This document shows positions 1 through 9,650 of a DNA stretch of 64,000 nucleotides, piece after piece. Below the pieces are notes generated by a model that did not search any database, was not told the origin of the DNA, and saw only the letters and a list, made by a program, of their open reading frames with translations. A program made the position numbers and the translations under genes. Location of the stretch: positions 4,139 through 68,138 of the forward strand of contig JAVBLT010000001.1 of assembly GCA_031553315.1 (NCBI GenBank). The letters run 5' to 3'. Within the stretch, counting starts at the first letter, position 1. Every line of letters begins with the position of its first letter. Origin of the DNA: Kiritimatiellia bacterium. GTDB taxonomy: Bacteria; Verrucomicrobiota; Kiritimatiellia; RFP12; DVOR01.

Positions 1-224
1 GCGCCACCGTGCTCATTGCGGGGCAAGCCGCCGCCAACATGGGCGTGGTGACGGGGGTGCTCCCGACCAAAGGCCTGGCCCTTCCCTTCATCAGCTACGG
101 CGGCTCCAACCTGATTGTGGCCCTGGGCGCGGTCGGCCTTCTCTTCAACGTGGGCTGGAAATCGCTCATCGCGCGCGACGACGGCTCCCGCAGCCTCTCG
201 GAAAGCAAGATCCGCGAAATCTAG
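1..224 (+). CDS. SEDS-family protein (FtsW/RodA/SpoVE), C-terminal fragment; 5' end lies outside the window
   Basis: Translation ...NMGVVTGVLPTKGLALPFISYGGSNLIVALG... carries the conserved C-terminal PTKG-LPFISYGGSS signature of FtsW/RodA. Confidence 0.7.
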   Translation, partial: ATVLIAGQAAANMGVVTGVLPTKGLALPFISYGGSNLIVALGAVGLLFNVGWKSLIARDDGSRSLSESKIREI

Positions 225-318
225 CATCCGTACGGGCAACGGAATCTCCTCTTCACCGGCACGGCCTTTCCGATGAGGCGCGGGTAAAAGCGGAACACCG
301 GCTTTCTAAAACGCCGCA

Positions 319-347
319 TTGACTGCGCAGGCGGCTTTTGCTATCCT
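319..347 (+). promoter_or_regulatory. sigma70-like promoter for tRNA-Ser (TTGACT-17 nt-TATCCT)
   Basis: TTGACT at 319-324, 17-nt spacer, TATCCT at 342-347, 18 nt upstream of the tRNA 5' end. Confidence 0.4.
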
Positions 348-364
348 ATCACCGCCTTTCACAT

Positions 365-452
365 GGAGGGATGTCTGAGTGGTTTAAAGAACCGGTCTTG
401 AAAACCGGCGTGCCGCAAGGTACCGGGGGTTCGAATCCCTCTCCCTCCGCCA
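365..452 (+). tRNA. tRNA-Ser (anticodon TGA), long variable arm, encoded CCA
   Basis: GGAGGGATGTCTGAGTGG...anticodon loop CTTGAAA...long extra arm...GGTTCGAATCCC...CCGCCA; cloverleaf readable by eye. Confidence 0.9.
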
Positions 453-507
453 CTTTTGAAGCAGGCAACAGGTTCTTTCAGAGAGTGATAGCAACGGGTA
501 AAAAGCC

Positions 508-1548
508 ATGTCATTGATTTGTCGCCACATCGAGAAACTCCAAGGCTATACGCCCGGCGAGCAGCCCCGCTTCGAGGGCATGATCAAGCTCAACACCAAC
601 GAAAACCCCTACCCGCCCTCGCCCAAAGTCGGTGAAGCGCTGCACGCCTTCGATTACCGCAAGCTGCGCCTCTACCCCGACCCCATTTTCACACAGGTGC
701 GCCAACGCATCGCCCAGCTGCACGGCTGCCAGCCCGAACAGGTCTTTGTCGGCAACGGTTCCGACGAGATCCTCGCCCTGGTCACCCGCGCGTTTGTGGA
801 AGACGCCGGAACCGTGGGTTATCTCGACCCCACCTATTCGCTTTATTCCGTGCTGACGGAAATCCGCGATGCCGCCAAAAAATCCTGGCCGCTGAAAAAC
901 GACTTCACCTGGGAGGCGCCCCCCGCCGATTTTTCCTCCGTCTTCTTCCTCACCAACCCCAACGCGCCCACCAGCCTCACGGCCTCGCCCGAAAAGGTCA
1001 AAGCCTTCTGCTCGGCCTTTAAAGGCCTCGTTCTGATCGACGAGGCCTATGCCGATTTCGCCGATGCCGACTGCATGAGCATCGCGACCGCCCCCGACAA
1101 CGCCAATACCCTCGTGATGCGCACGCTCTCCAAATCGTTCTCCCTCGCCGGCATCCGCTTCGGCTACGCCATCGGCCCCGCCCGCCTCATCGCGGCGCTT
1201 TACAAGATCAAAGATTCCTACAACATGGATACCCTCGTTCAGCTCATCGGCCTGGCCGCGCTGAACGATATCCCCCACATGCGGGAAAACACCCGGAAAA
1301 TCCGGCTGACCCGCGCGCGCCTCACCGCCGCCCTCAAAGAGCTGGGCTGGAGCGTGCTCGATTCCTCAACCAATTTCCTCTTCGCCCGCCCCCCCAACGG
1401 CGAAGCGCTCCGCTACTTCGAAGAGCTCCGAAAACGGTATATCTTTGTGCGTTACTTCCCAGGTCCCAAAACCGAAGAATATCTGCGCATCTCCATCGGC
1501 ACCGATGAGGAAATCGACCGCCTGATCACCCTCTTCAAACACTGTTAG
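508..1548 (+). CDS. hisC: histidinol-phosphate aminotransferase
   Basis: 346 aa; LNTNENPYPPSP N-terminal motif and SKSFSLAGIRFGYA PLP-lysine region typical of HisC; followed by hisB and hisA. Confidence 0.9.
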   Translation: MSLICRHIEKLQGYTPGEQPRFEGMIKLNTNENPYPPSPKVGEALHAFDYRKLRLYPDPIFTQVRQRIAQLHGCQPEQVFVGNGSDEILALVTRAFVEDAGTVGYLDPTYSLYSVLTEIRDAAKKSWPLKNDFTWEAPPADFSSVFFLTNPNAPTSLTASPEKVKAFCSAFKGLVLIDEAYADFADADCMSIATAPDNANTLVMRTLSKSFSLAGIRFGYAIGPARLIAALYKIKDSYNMDTLVQLIGLAALNDIPHMRENTRKIRLTRARLTAALKELGWSVLDSSTNFLFARPPNGEALRYFEELRKRYIFVRYFPGPKTEEYLRISIGTDEEIDRLITLFKHC

Positions 1549-1558
1549 GAACCTGCGC

Positions 1559-2146
1559 ATGCGAACAGCAACCCTTCACCGCGCCACGCGCGAAACCGAT
1601 ATCGAAGCGACCCTGAACCTCGATGGAACCGGCGTTTCCTCCATCTCCACGGGGATCCCCTTCCTCGACCACATGCTCGAGCTCTTCTCGCGCCATTCCC
1701 TCATCGACCTCACCGTAAAGGCCACCGGCGACCTCGCCGTGGATTACCACCACCTGGTCGAAGACCTCGGCCTGGTCATCGGCACCTGCCTCGACGAAGC
1801 CCTCGGCAACCCCCGCAAAGGCATCCGCCGCTACGGCTGGGCCATGCTCCCGATGGATGAATCGCTGGCCGAAGTGGCCGTGGACCTCGGCGGCCGCCCC
1901 TTCCTGGTGTGGCAGATTTCCTGCCGCGAACGCTTCATCCGCGATTTCAATGTGAAACTGCTCGAAGAATTTTTCCGCGCGCTCATCGTCCAGGCCCGCA
2001 TGAACCTCCATGTGCGCCAGCCCTACGGCGACGAAGTGCACCACGCCTACGAAGCCGTTTTCAAGGGCTTTGCCCGCGCCATGCGCACGGCGGCCGAACC
2101 CGACCCGCGCGATACCGGCATCCCTTCAAGCAAAGGTGTGATTTAG
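1559..2146 (+). CDS. hisB: imidazoleglycerol-phosphate dehydratase
   Basis: 195 aa; ATRETDIEATLNLDGTG...PFLDHMLELFSRHSLIDL...DYHHLVEDLGLVIG matches IGPD signatures. Confidence 0.9.
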   Translation: MRTATLHRATRETDIEATLNLDGTGVSSISTGIPFLDHMLELFSRHSLIDLTVKATGDLAVDYHHLVEDLGLVIGTCLDEALGNPRKGIRRYGWAMLPMDESLAEVAVDLGGRPFLVWQISCRERFIRDFNVKLLEEFFRALIVQARMNLHVRQPYGDEVHHAYEAVFKGFARAMRTAAEPDPRDTGIPSSKGVI

Positions 2147-2147
2147 C

Positions 2148-2888
2148 ATGATTATCCTCCCCGCCATCGACCTCAAAGACGGCCACTGCGTGCGCCTGCG
2201 CCAAGGCCGCGCACAAGACGTCACCGTATACTCCGACGACCCCGTCGCCCAGGCCCTGAAATGGCGCGACCAAGGCGCCCGGGAGCTCCATGTGGTCGAT
2301 CTCGACGGCGCCTTCTGCGGCCAACCCATGCACACCCTCGTCATCCACGAAATCATCCGAAAAACCGGCATGAGGGTCGAAGTCGGCGGAGGCATCCGCG
2401 ACGACCGCGCCATTGAACAGCTCGTCGAAGCCGGCGTCGCCCGCGCCATCATCGGCACCCGCGCCCTCGAAAACCCCACCCAGCTTAAGCGCTGGATCGG
2501 CCTCTACGGCGACACTGTGGCGGTCGGCATCGACGCCCGCGCCGGCCTGGTCCAGGTGCGCGGCTGGGTTGAATCGAGCGACACCCGCGCCACCGACCTC
2601 GCCAGGCGCGTGGCCGATTGGGGCGTGAAAACCATCATCTACACCGACATTGAGACCGACGGCATGCTCGGCGGAACCAACCTCGCCGAAATGGCCGCCA
2701 TGTGCGACGCCGTCCCCGGCGTCAACATCATCGCCTCCGGCGGCGTCAGCGATCCCGCCCACATCCGCGCGCTCGCCGGCCTCACCCGCCCCAATCTCTA
2801 CGGAGCCATCGTCGGCAAAGCCCTTTACGATGGCCGCACCACCCTGCCCGCCATGATCGAAGAGGCCGCCTATGCTGGACAACGTTAA
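2148..2888 (+). CDS. hisA: ProFAR isomerase (phosphoribosylformimino-AICAR-P isomerase)
   Basis: 246 aa; MIILPAIDLKDGHCVRLRQG start and (beta/alpha)8 HisA pattern; last gene of the hisC-hisB-hisA run. Confidence 0.9.
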   Translation: MIILPAIDLKDGHCVRLRQGRAQDVTVYSDDPVAQALKWRDQGARELHVVDLDGAFCGQPMHTLVIHEIIRKTGMRVEVGGGIRDDRAIEQLVEAGVARAIIGTRALENPTQLKRWIGLYGDTVAVGIDARAGLVQVRGWVESSDTRATDLARRVADWGVKTIIYTDIETDGMLGGTNLAEMAAMCDAVPGVNIIASGGVSDPAHIRALAGLTRPNLYGAIVGKALYDGRTTLPAMIEEAAYAGQR

Positions 2889-4155
2889 TTTAACACGCCT
2901 CCCCAACGGCATCCGCGTGGTGACCGTGCCCAACGACCGGGCCGAATCCGCCGTGGCCAGCATCTGGGCGCAGGTCGGCTCCCGGTATGAGACCGACGCG
3001 CTCGCCGGCGCCAGCCACTTCATCGAGCACCTGCTTTTCAAAGGCACGCCTTCGCGCTCGGCCAAAAGCATCTCCCAGGCCATCGAAGGGCGCGGCGGCG
3101 AGCTCAACGCCATGACCGGCGAAGACTACACCTGCTACTACGCCCGCCTCCCCCACGAAAAGCTCGCCGACGGGTTCCGCGTGCTGGCCGACATGTACCA
3201 GAACGCATTGCTGGATCCGGTCGACGTGGAGCGCGAGCGCGCCGTGATCATTGAAGAGATCCGCATGTACAGCGACCTGCCCCAGGAAGTGGCCCAGGAG
3301 CAGCTCAACGCCGCCCTCTGGCCCGGCCACCCGCTCGGCCGCTCCATCGCCGGATCGGAAGCCACCGTCGCGGCCATGACGCGTGAAGCCGTCGCCGATT
3401 TCCGCGCCCGCGCCTACGTGCCCGCCGCCACCTTCCACATCTTCGCCGGCCGCGTCGACCACAGCCGCTGCGTGCGCCTCGTGGAAAAAGCCACCTCCCA
3501 CCTGCCCGCCGCCGCGCCGATCGCCGCCGACCCCTTCACGCCCGCAATCGGGCAAAACCGCCTTGCCGTAACGCGTAAACACGTGGAACAGGCGCAGACG
3601 CTCCTCGGCTTCCGCATCTTCAACCGCGAAGATCCCCGCTGGCCCGTGCTCAAAATGCTCACCACCCTCCTCGGCGGAAACATGAGCTCGCGCCTCTTCC
3701 AATCCGTCCGCGAAAAACACGGGCTTTGCTACGACATCTCCGCCCACACACAGCTCTTCTCCGATACCGGCGTCTTCCTCGTCAGCGCGGGCTTCGACCG
3801 GGCCCGGGCCAAAAAAGCCATCGCCCACGTGCTCAAGGAGCTCGATCGCATCCGCCGCGAAGCCCCCGGCGAAACCGAGCTCCGCCGCACCCGCGATTAT
3901 GTGCTCGGCCACTACCGCCTCGCGATGGAAAACATCTTCACCCAGATTCTCTGGGCGGGCGGCAACTACATCAGCCGCGCAAAACCCCTCATGCCCGAAG
4001 AGTTTATCGAGCAGATTTCCGGCGTGACCGCCGCCGACATCCGCTGCCTCGCCGGTGAAATCCTCACCCGCGAAAACCTCTCGCTTTCCCTCCTTCTTCC
4101 CAACGAAGACCGCACGGCCGACACCGTGTGGCAAAACCTCATCGACCGCTTTTAA
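2872..4155 (+). CDS. M16-family (insulinase-like) zinc peptidase
   Basis: 427 aa; inverted zinc-binding motif HFIEHLLFKGT (HxxEH) near the N-terminus; 17-nt overlap with the hisA end. Confidence 0.8.
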   Translation: MLDNVNLTRLPNGIRVVTVPNDRAESAVASIWAQVGSRYETDALAGASHFIEHLLFKGTPSRSAKSISQAIEGRGGELNAMTGEDYTCYYARLPHEKLADGFRVLADMYQNALLDPVDVERERAVIIEEIRMYSDLPQEVAQEQLNAALWPGHPLGRSIAGSEATVAAMTREAVADFRARAYVPAATFHIFAGRVDHSRCVRLVEKATSHLPAAAPIAADPFTPAIGQNRLAVTRKHVEQAQTLLGFRIFNREDPRWPVLKMLTTLLGGNMSSRLFQSVREKHGLCYDISAHTQLFSDTGVFLVSAGFDRARAKKAIAHVLKELDRIRREAPGETELRRTRDYVLGHYRLAMENIFTQILWAGGNYISRAKPLMPEEFIEQISGVTAADIRCLAGEILTRENLSLSLLLPNEDRTADTVWQNLIDRF

Positions 4156-4169
4156 CACAGGGAATTTTC

Positions 4170-4634
4170 ATGATCATCAATAAAATCTGCATCACCATCG
4201 CCGAATCCGAAATCTCCAACGCCCTCCTCGCCGGCATGGCCCGCGGCGGCGAACAGGCCGAACAGCTCAAGCAGATCAAAGATCCCCGCATTGAATTCAA
4301 ACAAGGCAAGATCGCCTTCAAATGCAAATACACCATGGGCTTCATGCCCGTGCCCGTTGAAGCCCAGATCGAGCTTTCCCCCGCCTGCGACGGCCGCGCG
4401 CTGGCGATTCGCCTGGCCAAAGTCTCCCTCGCCATGATGGGCGGCAACTCCGCCGCCACCGCCCTCCTCCAGCAGCTCGCCCCCCACATCGCCGGAAAAC
4501 CCGGCCTCGCCTTGGATGGCGACACCCTCACCGTGGATCTCAAAACCCTCGGCCAGATGCGCGGCATCGTCGTCAACGGCAGCCTCCGCACCATCGCCGT
4601 CTGCCCCGGCACGCTCACGCTCGAGCTCGAATAG
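4170..4634 (+). CDS. hypothetical protein (154 aa)
   Basis: ATG at 4170 (MIINKICITIAESE...), codon usage consistent with neighbours; no recognisable motif. Confidence 0.45.
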   Translation: MIINKICITIAESEISNALLAGMARGGEQAEQLKQIKDPRIEFKQGKIAFKCKYTMGFMPVPVEAQIELSPACDGRALAIRLAKVSLAMMGGNSAATALLQQLAPHIAGKPGLALDGDTLTVDLKTLGQMRGIVVNGSLRTIAVCPGTLTLELE

Positions 4635-4644
4635 GAGGCGTTTC

Positions 4645-5412
4645 ATGTTGAAAAAACTCATCCTCGGCGCCCTCGCCTTCGCCTCTCTTTCGTTCGCCCA
4701 GGAGCCCGCCAAAGAACGCAAAGACGCCACCGAAGGCCTTACCGCCCCGCAGATCCTCGCGCAGGCGCGCGACATGCTTCCCCGTGAAAACCTCTCGCTG
4801 ACCGGCCGCCTCATCGTCCGCCGCGAGCGCGGGTTCATCAACTCCGAGCGCCCCTTCCGCCTGAACCTCAACTGGTCCGGCCTCAACCCGACGGGCGAGT
4901 GCATCCTCTACCGTTCCGAAAAAGAAAAAGAGCAAATCCAGCGCGCCGTGCTCACCCGCATCGCCAACCGCAAGGCCGATATCCGCATCTTCGATGAAAC
5001 CGACGCCGAATCCACCGTCAAGCCCCGCTTCAACATGACCGTCGGCGAAACCGACATGACCTGGATGGATCTCTCCTTCGACTACCTTTGGTGGACCGAT
5101 GCCCGGATCATCGGCCGCGAAGACCGCATCCTCGGCAGCGATTGCCTGCTCATCCTCGCCAAGCCCCCGCTGCCGATTCCCGGTTGCTCCGCCGTCAAGC
5201 TCTGGGTCGACCGCCGCGTGGGCTTCATGATCCAGGTCGAACACCTCGGTGACGACGGCCAGCCCGTCCGCCGCCTCTGGATCCAAAAGCTCCGCGAAAT
5301 GAAAGAACGCTGGATGCCCCGCCTCATGTACGCCAAGACCCTCGGCCTGAGCCGCATGACCGAATTCTGGATCGACGACCTCATCGTCAACGGAGAAATT
5401 GTGCAGGAATGA
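4645..5412 (+). CDS. hypothetical secreted protein (signal peptide, 255 aa)
   Basis: GGAGG RBS 7 nt upstream of ATG; N-terminus MLKKLILGALAFASLSFAQE is a typical Sec signal; no motif recognised. Confidence 0.55.
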   Translation: MLKKLILGALAFASLSFAQEPAKERKDATEGLTAPQILAQARDMLPRENLSLTGRLIVRRERGFINSERPFRLNLNWSGLNPTGECILYRSEKEKEQIQRAVLTRIANRKADIRIFDETDAESTVKPRFNMTVGETDMTWMDLSFDYLWWTDARIIGREDRILGSDCLLILAKPPLPIPGCSAVKLWVDRRVGFMIQVEHLGDDGQPVRRLWIQKLREMKERWMPRLMYAKTLGLSRMTEFWIDDLIVNGEIVQE

Positions 5413-6581
5413 AAACCGATCGCGTGCCGCTCCGCTTCACCCCCCACCAGAACAAGCTCATCACGGGAGCCATCACCGCGCTGAGCCTTCTGGTTTTCGT
5501 GGTGATCGCCTTCTACGCGGTCACCGCGGGGCTCCAGCTCCTCGGGCGGTTCGTGCACATCGTCGGGCCGGTCATCGTCGGCTTCTTCCTCTCCATCCTC
5601 ACCAAACCCTGGTACCTTTTGATCCGCCGGCACCTGCATATCCGCAACGACGTGCCCGCGCTCATCGTCTTCGCCCTTTCCCTCCTTCTGCCCGTTCTGC
5701 TCACCGGCTGGCTTTTCGGTTCGCTTCTCGTGACCCAGGTCGCAAACCTCATCACCGCCCTCCCCGAGCTCGCGGGAAAAGTCTGGTCGAGCCTCGTCGA
5801 GCAGACCCCCGCCGTCCGCGAGCTCCTCGCCAAATACGGGCTCGATAAAGCCGTCGCCGACTTCCTCAAGACCTTCCCCGCGCACAACGCCGCCAACCTC
5901 GTGCAAAACCTCGGCGCCGTCGGCACCCGACTGCTTCACTTCGGCACGGTCCTGGCCATGTGGTGCGTGCTGCCCATCTACTGGGGCATATTCCTCATCC
6001 GCCCGCCCCTTTCAGGCAGACAGATTGCCGCCGGCGTCCCCTTCCTCTCCGAAAAAGTCATCGATCCCCTCGGCCAGCGCATCCAATCGTTTATCGACAT
6101 CATGGTTTCCTACTTCCACGGCCAGTTTCTCGACGCCTTCATCCAAGGCCTCCTCTACGCCGCCTCCTTCTTCTTCCTCGGCCTCAGCTACGGAATCCCC
6201 GTGGGCTTCACCCTCGGCCTGCTCAACGTCGTCCCCTACCTCGGCAACGCCATCGGCCTGAGCCTCGCCATCCCCCTGGCCCTCTTCGGAGCCGGCGGCG
6301 GCCACCTCCTGCTCATCGGCGTGCTCACAGCCTTCGTGATCATCCAAACGGTCGACGGCTACTTCATCCTTCCCGCCATCCAGGGCAACCGCATGCAGCT
6401 TGAAGCCTGGGTCATCATCTTCGCCCTGCTCTTCTGGACCAGCGTCGGCGGCTTCCTCGGCCTTCTCCTCGCCGTGCCCCTTTCCGCCTTCATCAAACTG
6501 AGCTGGGTCGACGTCATGCGCTATTCCCGCAAGCTCGCCAACGTCCGCGCCCAGCCCCCCCCAAAGGAAACCACCCCATGA
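5409..6581 (+). CDS. AI-2E family transporter (PerM/UPF0118-like permease)
   Basis: 390 aa, polytopic; architecture and length typical of the AI-2E family; ATGA overlap with the upstream gene. Confidence 0.75.
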   Translation: MKTDRVPLRFTPHQNKLITGAITALSLLVFVVIAFYAVTAGLQLLGRFVHIVGPVIVGFFLSILTKPWYLLIRRHLHIRNDVPALIVFALSLLLPVLLTGWLFGSLLVTQVANLITALPELAGKVWSSLVEQTPAVRELLAKYGLDKAVADFLKTFPAHNAANLVQNLGAVGTRLLHFGTVLAMWCVLPIYWGIFLIRPPLSGRQIAAGVPFLSEKVIDPLGQRIQSFIDIMVSYFHGQFLDAFIQGLLYAASFFFLGLSYGIPVGFTLGLLNVVPYLGNAIGLSLAIPLALFGAGGGHLLLIGVLTAFVIIQTVDGYFILPAIQGNRMQLEAWVIIFALLFWTSVGGFLGLLLAVPLSAFIKLSWVDVMRYSRKLANVRAQPPPKETTP

Positions 6582-7135
6582 CCGCCACCGCCTGGTGTTA
6601 CACCCTCGCCGCCCTCGCCTTCATCAAAGCCGCCCTCCTCCTGGCCATTCCCGACCGCACCGCCGCCCTCATGAAAGCCATGCCCACCAGCCTCGCCACA
6701 GGCTGCATCCTCACCGCCATCGCCTGGATCTGGGCCGCCTTCACCCTCAACGCCTACCCGATCGACTTCCTCTCCTTCATCCAAGGCCCCCCCACCTTCA
6801 TCATCGCCATCGTCTGCATCCCCCTCTCCTGCCTCCTCATGCCCGACCTCCTCGCCTGCCGCGCCCTCGCCGCCCTCTACATGCTCTACCCCATGCCCCT
6901 CATCCTCGCCACCCGCGACGCCGAAACCGCCTGGCGCCTCCTGCCCATCACCCTCGGCTACATCTCCCTCACCCTCGGCATGGTCATCATGTTTTACCCC
7001 TGGCACCTCCGCCGCCTCATCTTCCGGTTGACGGCGCGCCGCCCCCTCATGATCGCCTCCGGCCTCCTCTCCCTCCTCGCGGGCGCCGCCCTCTGCGCCG
7101 CCGCCCTTGCCCTCGCCGCCGAAGCCGCCCGTTAG
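6578..7135 (+). CDS. hypothetical integral membrane protein (185 aa)
   Basis: ATGA overlap with the AI-2E gene; several hydrophobic helices; no motif. Confidence 0.5.
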   Translation: MTATAWCYTLAALAFIKAALLLAIPDRTAALMKAMPTSLATGCILTAIAWIWAAFTLNAYPIDFLSFIQGPPTFIIAIVCIPLSCLLMPDLLACRALAALYMLYPMPLILATRDAETAWRLLPITLGYISLTLGMVIMFYPWHLRRLIFRLTARRPLMIASGLLSLLAGAALCAAALALAAEAAR

Positions 7136-7147
7136 AAAGTTTTTTTC

Positions 7148-8245
7148 ATGCGCATTCTCAGCCGCTACGTCCTCCGCGAATTCCTCATTCCCTTCAGCTA
7201 CTGCTTCCTGGGCCTCACCTCCATTTACCTCCTCTTCGAATCGTTCGACATCATCGGCGCCCTCTTCGAAAAACGCCCCCCCCTCGCCCTCGTCTTCGCC
7301 TACTTCGGCGGCCGCTTCGCCCTTTACCTCGAATGGCTCCTCCCCGCCACCTTCCTCCTCGCCACCCTCTACACCATGTGGCAATTCTGCCGCCACAGCG
7401 AGCTCATCGCCATGCGCGCCAACGGCATCGGCTTCCCCACCATCGTCCGCCCCATCCTCACCGTCGCCGCCATCGGCGCCATCCTCTGCTACCTCAGCAA
7501 CGAATACTACGCCCCCAACGCCGCCGAATACGCCAAAACCATCTCCCTCAACAAATTCGAACCCGTCAAGGCCGACGTCAAGACCAACATCGCCTTCGAC
7601 AACTCCCTCCAGCACCGCACCTGGCTCATCCAGGAGATCGACTTCGCCAACCCCACCACCCTCACCGGCGTCAAAATCACCGTCCGCCGGCCCGACCGCA
7701 GCAAAGACTACGAAATCTTCTCCCGCCACGTTGAATACCTCGACGGCGCCTGGTGGTTCCACACCCCCGTCTGGAGCTTTTTCGACGAATTCGACCTCCC
7801 CGTCGACCCCCCCTCCCCCCACTACGCCTGCTCCACCCTCCGCCCCCTCTTCTTCCTCACCGAAACCCCCAAAGACATCGTCATCCAAAACAAAACCGTC
7901 GAATTCCACAGCATCCGCAACCTCCGCCACTACCTCCAGATCAACCCCTTCCTCACCCGCGAAGACCGCGTCGCCCGCAAATACGAAATCTACCGCCGCT
8001 ACGCCTCCCCCCTCGCCTCCGTCATCATCGCCCTCTTCGCCATCCCCGCCGGCGTCGCCACCGGCCGCCAGAGCGTCTTCAAAGGCATCCTCACCGCCCT
8101 GGGCCTCTTCCTCGGCTTCTACATCCTCACCAGCGCCTCCATGGTTCTCGCCAACCGCATGATCCTGCCCCCCGCCTGGGCCGCCTTCCTGCCCAACATC
8201 ATCTTCCTCATCCTCGGCGGCTACCTCTTCCACCGCCAGCGCTAG
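7148..8245 (+). CDS. LptF/LptG-family LPS export permease (YjgP/YjgQ)
   Basis: 365 aa; N-terminus MRILSRYVLREFLIPFSYCFLGLTSIYLLFESFDIIG is the characteristic LptF/LptG start; 6 TM pattern. Confidence 0.8.
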   Translation: MRILSRYVLREFLIPFSYCFLGLTSIYLLFESFDIIGALFEKRPPLALVFAYFGGRFALYLEWLLPATFLLATLYTMWQFCRHSELIAMRANGIGFPTIVRPILTVAAIGAILCYLSNEYYAPNAAEYAKTISLNKFEPVKADVKTNIAFDNSLQHRTWLIQEIDFANPTTLTGVKITVRRPDRSKDYEIFSRHVEYLDGAWWFHTPVWSFFDEFDLPVDPPSPHYACSTLRPLFFLTETPKDIVIQNKTVEFHSIRNLRHYLQINPFLTREDRVARKYEIYRRYASPLASVIIALFAIPAGVATGRQSVFKGILTALGLFLGFYILTSASMVLANRMILPPAWAAFLPNIIFLILGGYLFHRQR

Positions 8246-8252
8246 GGCCGCC

Positions 8253-9650
8253 ATGCTTCTTTTCGTCGCCGTCAACGCCAAATACACCCACCCCGCCTAC
8301 GCCGCCCGCAGCCTCCGCGCCAACCTTCCCCCCGGCATAGAAGCCGATATCCTCGAAGCCGACCTCGCCGCCACACCCTTCCAGCTCGCCGAAGCCATCC
8401 ACGCCCGCCGCCCCACCCGCCTCGCCTTCTCCACCTACCTCTGGAACGCCCCCCTCCTCCGCCAGACCGCCCGCATCATCCGCCGGATCGCCCCAGACCT
8501 GCCCATCCTCTTCGGCGGCCCCGAAATCACCCCCGACACCGCCCCCCGCTACCAGGATTGCGCCGACTTCCTCCTCATCGGCGAAGGCGAAACCATCCTT
8601 CCCCAATGGGCCCTCAACCCCGCCGCCTTCCCCCGCGTCATCCACGCAGACCCCGTCGACACCGCCACCCTCCGCATCCCCACCCACCTCCACACCGAGA
8701 CCGACATCGCCCAAAAACGCACCCTCTACCTCGAAACCACCCGCGGCTGCCCCTACTCCTGCGCCTACTGCACCTCCGCCAACACACAGCTCCGCCCCCT
8801 CCCCCTCCAAACCCTCCTCCCCGCCATCGACGCCTACCTCGCCCGCGGCATCCGCTCCTTCAAATTCCTCGACCGCTCCTTCAACGCCCTCCCCGACCAC
8901 GCCGCCGCCATTTTACAACACATCCTCGCCTCACCCCACGCCCCCCGCCTCACCCTCCACTTCGAAATCCACCCCCGCCACCTCCCCGCCGCCCTCAAAA
9001 CCCTCTTCACCCAATGCCCCCCCGGCATGCTCCACCTCGAAGTCGGCATCCAGACCCTCAATCCCGCCGTCTCCCAAACCATCGGTCGCGGGGCCGACAC
9101 CGAGACCGCCTTGGAAAATCTCCGCTACCTCACCCGCCACACCGGCGCCGACATCCACGCCGACCTCATCTTCGGCCTTCCCGGCGAAGACGAAGCCTCC
9201 TTCGCCGCCGGCTTCAACCGCCTCATGACCGAATGCCGCCCCGCCGAGCTCCAGGTCAACCTCCTCAAACTCCTCCCCGGCACCCGCCTCCTGCGGGAAG
9301 CCCGCCTCCACGGCCTGCGCCACAACCCCGCCCCCCCCTACGAACTCCTCTCCACCCCTCACATGGATTTCGAGACCCTCACCCGCCTCCAGCGCTTCGC
9401 CCGCGCCTGGGAGCTCACCCACAACCGCGGCCGCTTCCCCCGCGCCGCCGGGCTCCTCCTTCAGCACAACACCCCCTACGCCGCCTACACCGCCCTCGCC
9501 GACCGCATCCACCTTGCCGAAGGCCGCCTCCACGCCCTGGGCCTCCCCACCCTCGGCCGGCACCTCGAAGCCACCCTCCTCGCCCTCGGCCACCCCTCCG
9601 CCGAAGTCACCGCCGCCCTCCACGCCGATCTCAACGCAAAACCCCTTTAG
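8253..9650 (+). CDS. B12-binding domain radical SAM protein (DUF4080-type C-terminus)
   Basis: 465 aa; N-terminal B12-binding-like fold (LLFVAVNAKYTHPAYAARSL), radical SAM core, C-terminal helical DUF4080-like region; stop codon TAG is the first triplet of MITE copy A. Confidence 0.7.
   Translation: MLLFVAVNAKYTHPAYAARSLRANLPPGIEADILEADLAATPFQLAEAIHARRPTRLAFSTYLWNAPLLRQTARIIRRIAPDLPILFGGPEITPDTAPRYQDCADFLLIGEGETILPQWALNPAAFPRVIHADPVDTATLRIPTHLHTETDIAQKRTLYLETTRGCPYSCAYCTSANTQLRPLPLQTLLPAIDAYLARGIRSFKFLDRSFNALPDHAAAILQHILASPHAPRLTLHFEIHPRHLPAALKTLFTQCPPGMLHLEVGIQTLNPAVSQTIGRGADTETALENLRYLTRHTGADIHADLIFGLPGEDEASFAAGFNRLMTECRPAELQVNLLKLLPGTRLLREARLHGLRHNPAPPYELLSTPHMDFETLTRLQRFARAWELTHNRGRFPRAAGLLLQHNTPYAAYTALADRIHLAEGRLHALGLPTLGRHLEATLLALGHPSAEVTAALHADLNAKPL

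Noticed and set aside
6521-8287. 588-aa minus-strand ORF (Gly/Glu/Ala-rich) opposite the membrane, LptF/G and radical SAM genes
   Set aside because: Antisense to genes with clear motifs. Low-complexity composition is typical of reverse-frame reading of GC3-rich genes.
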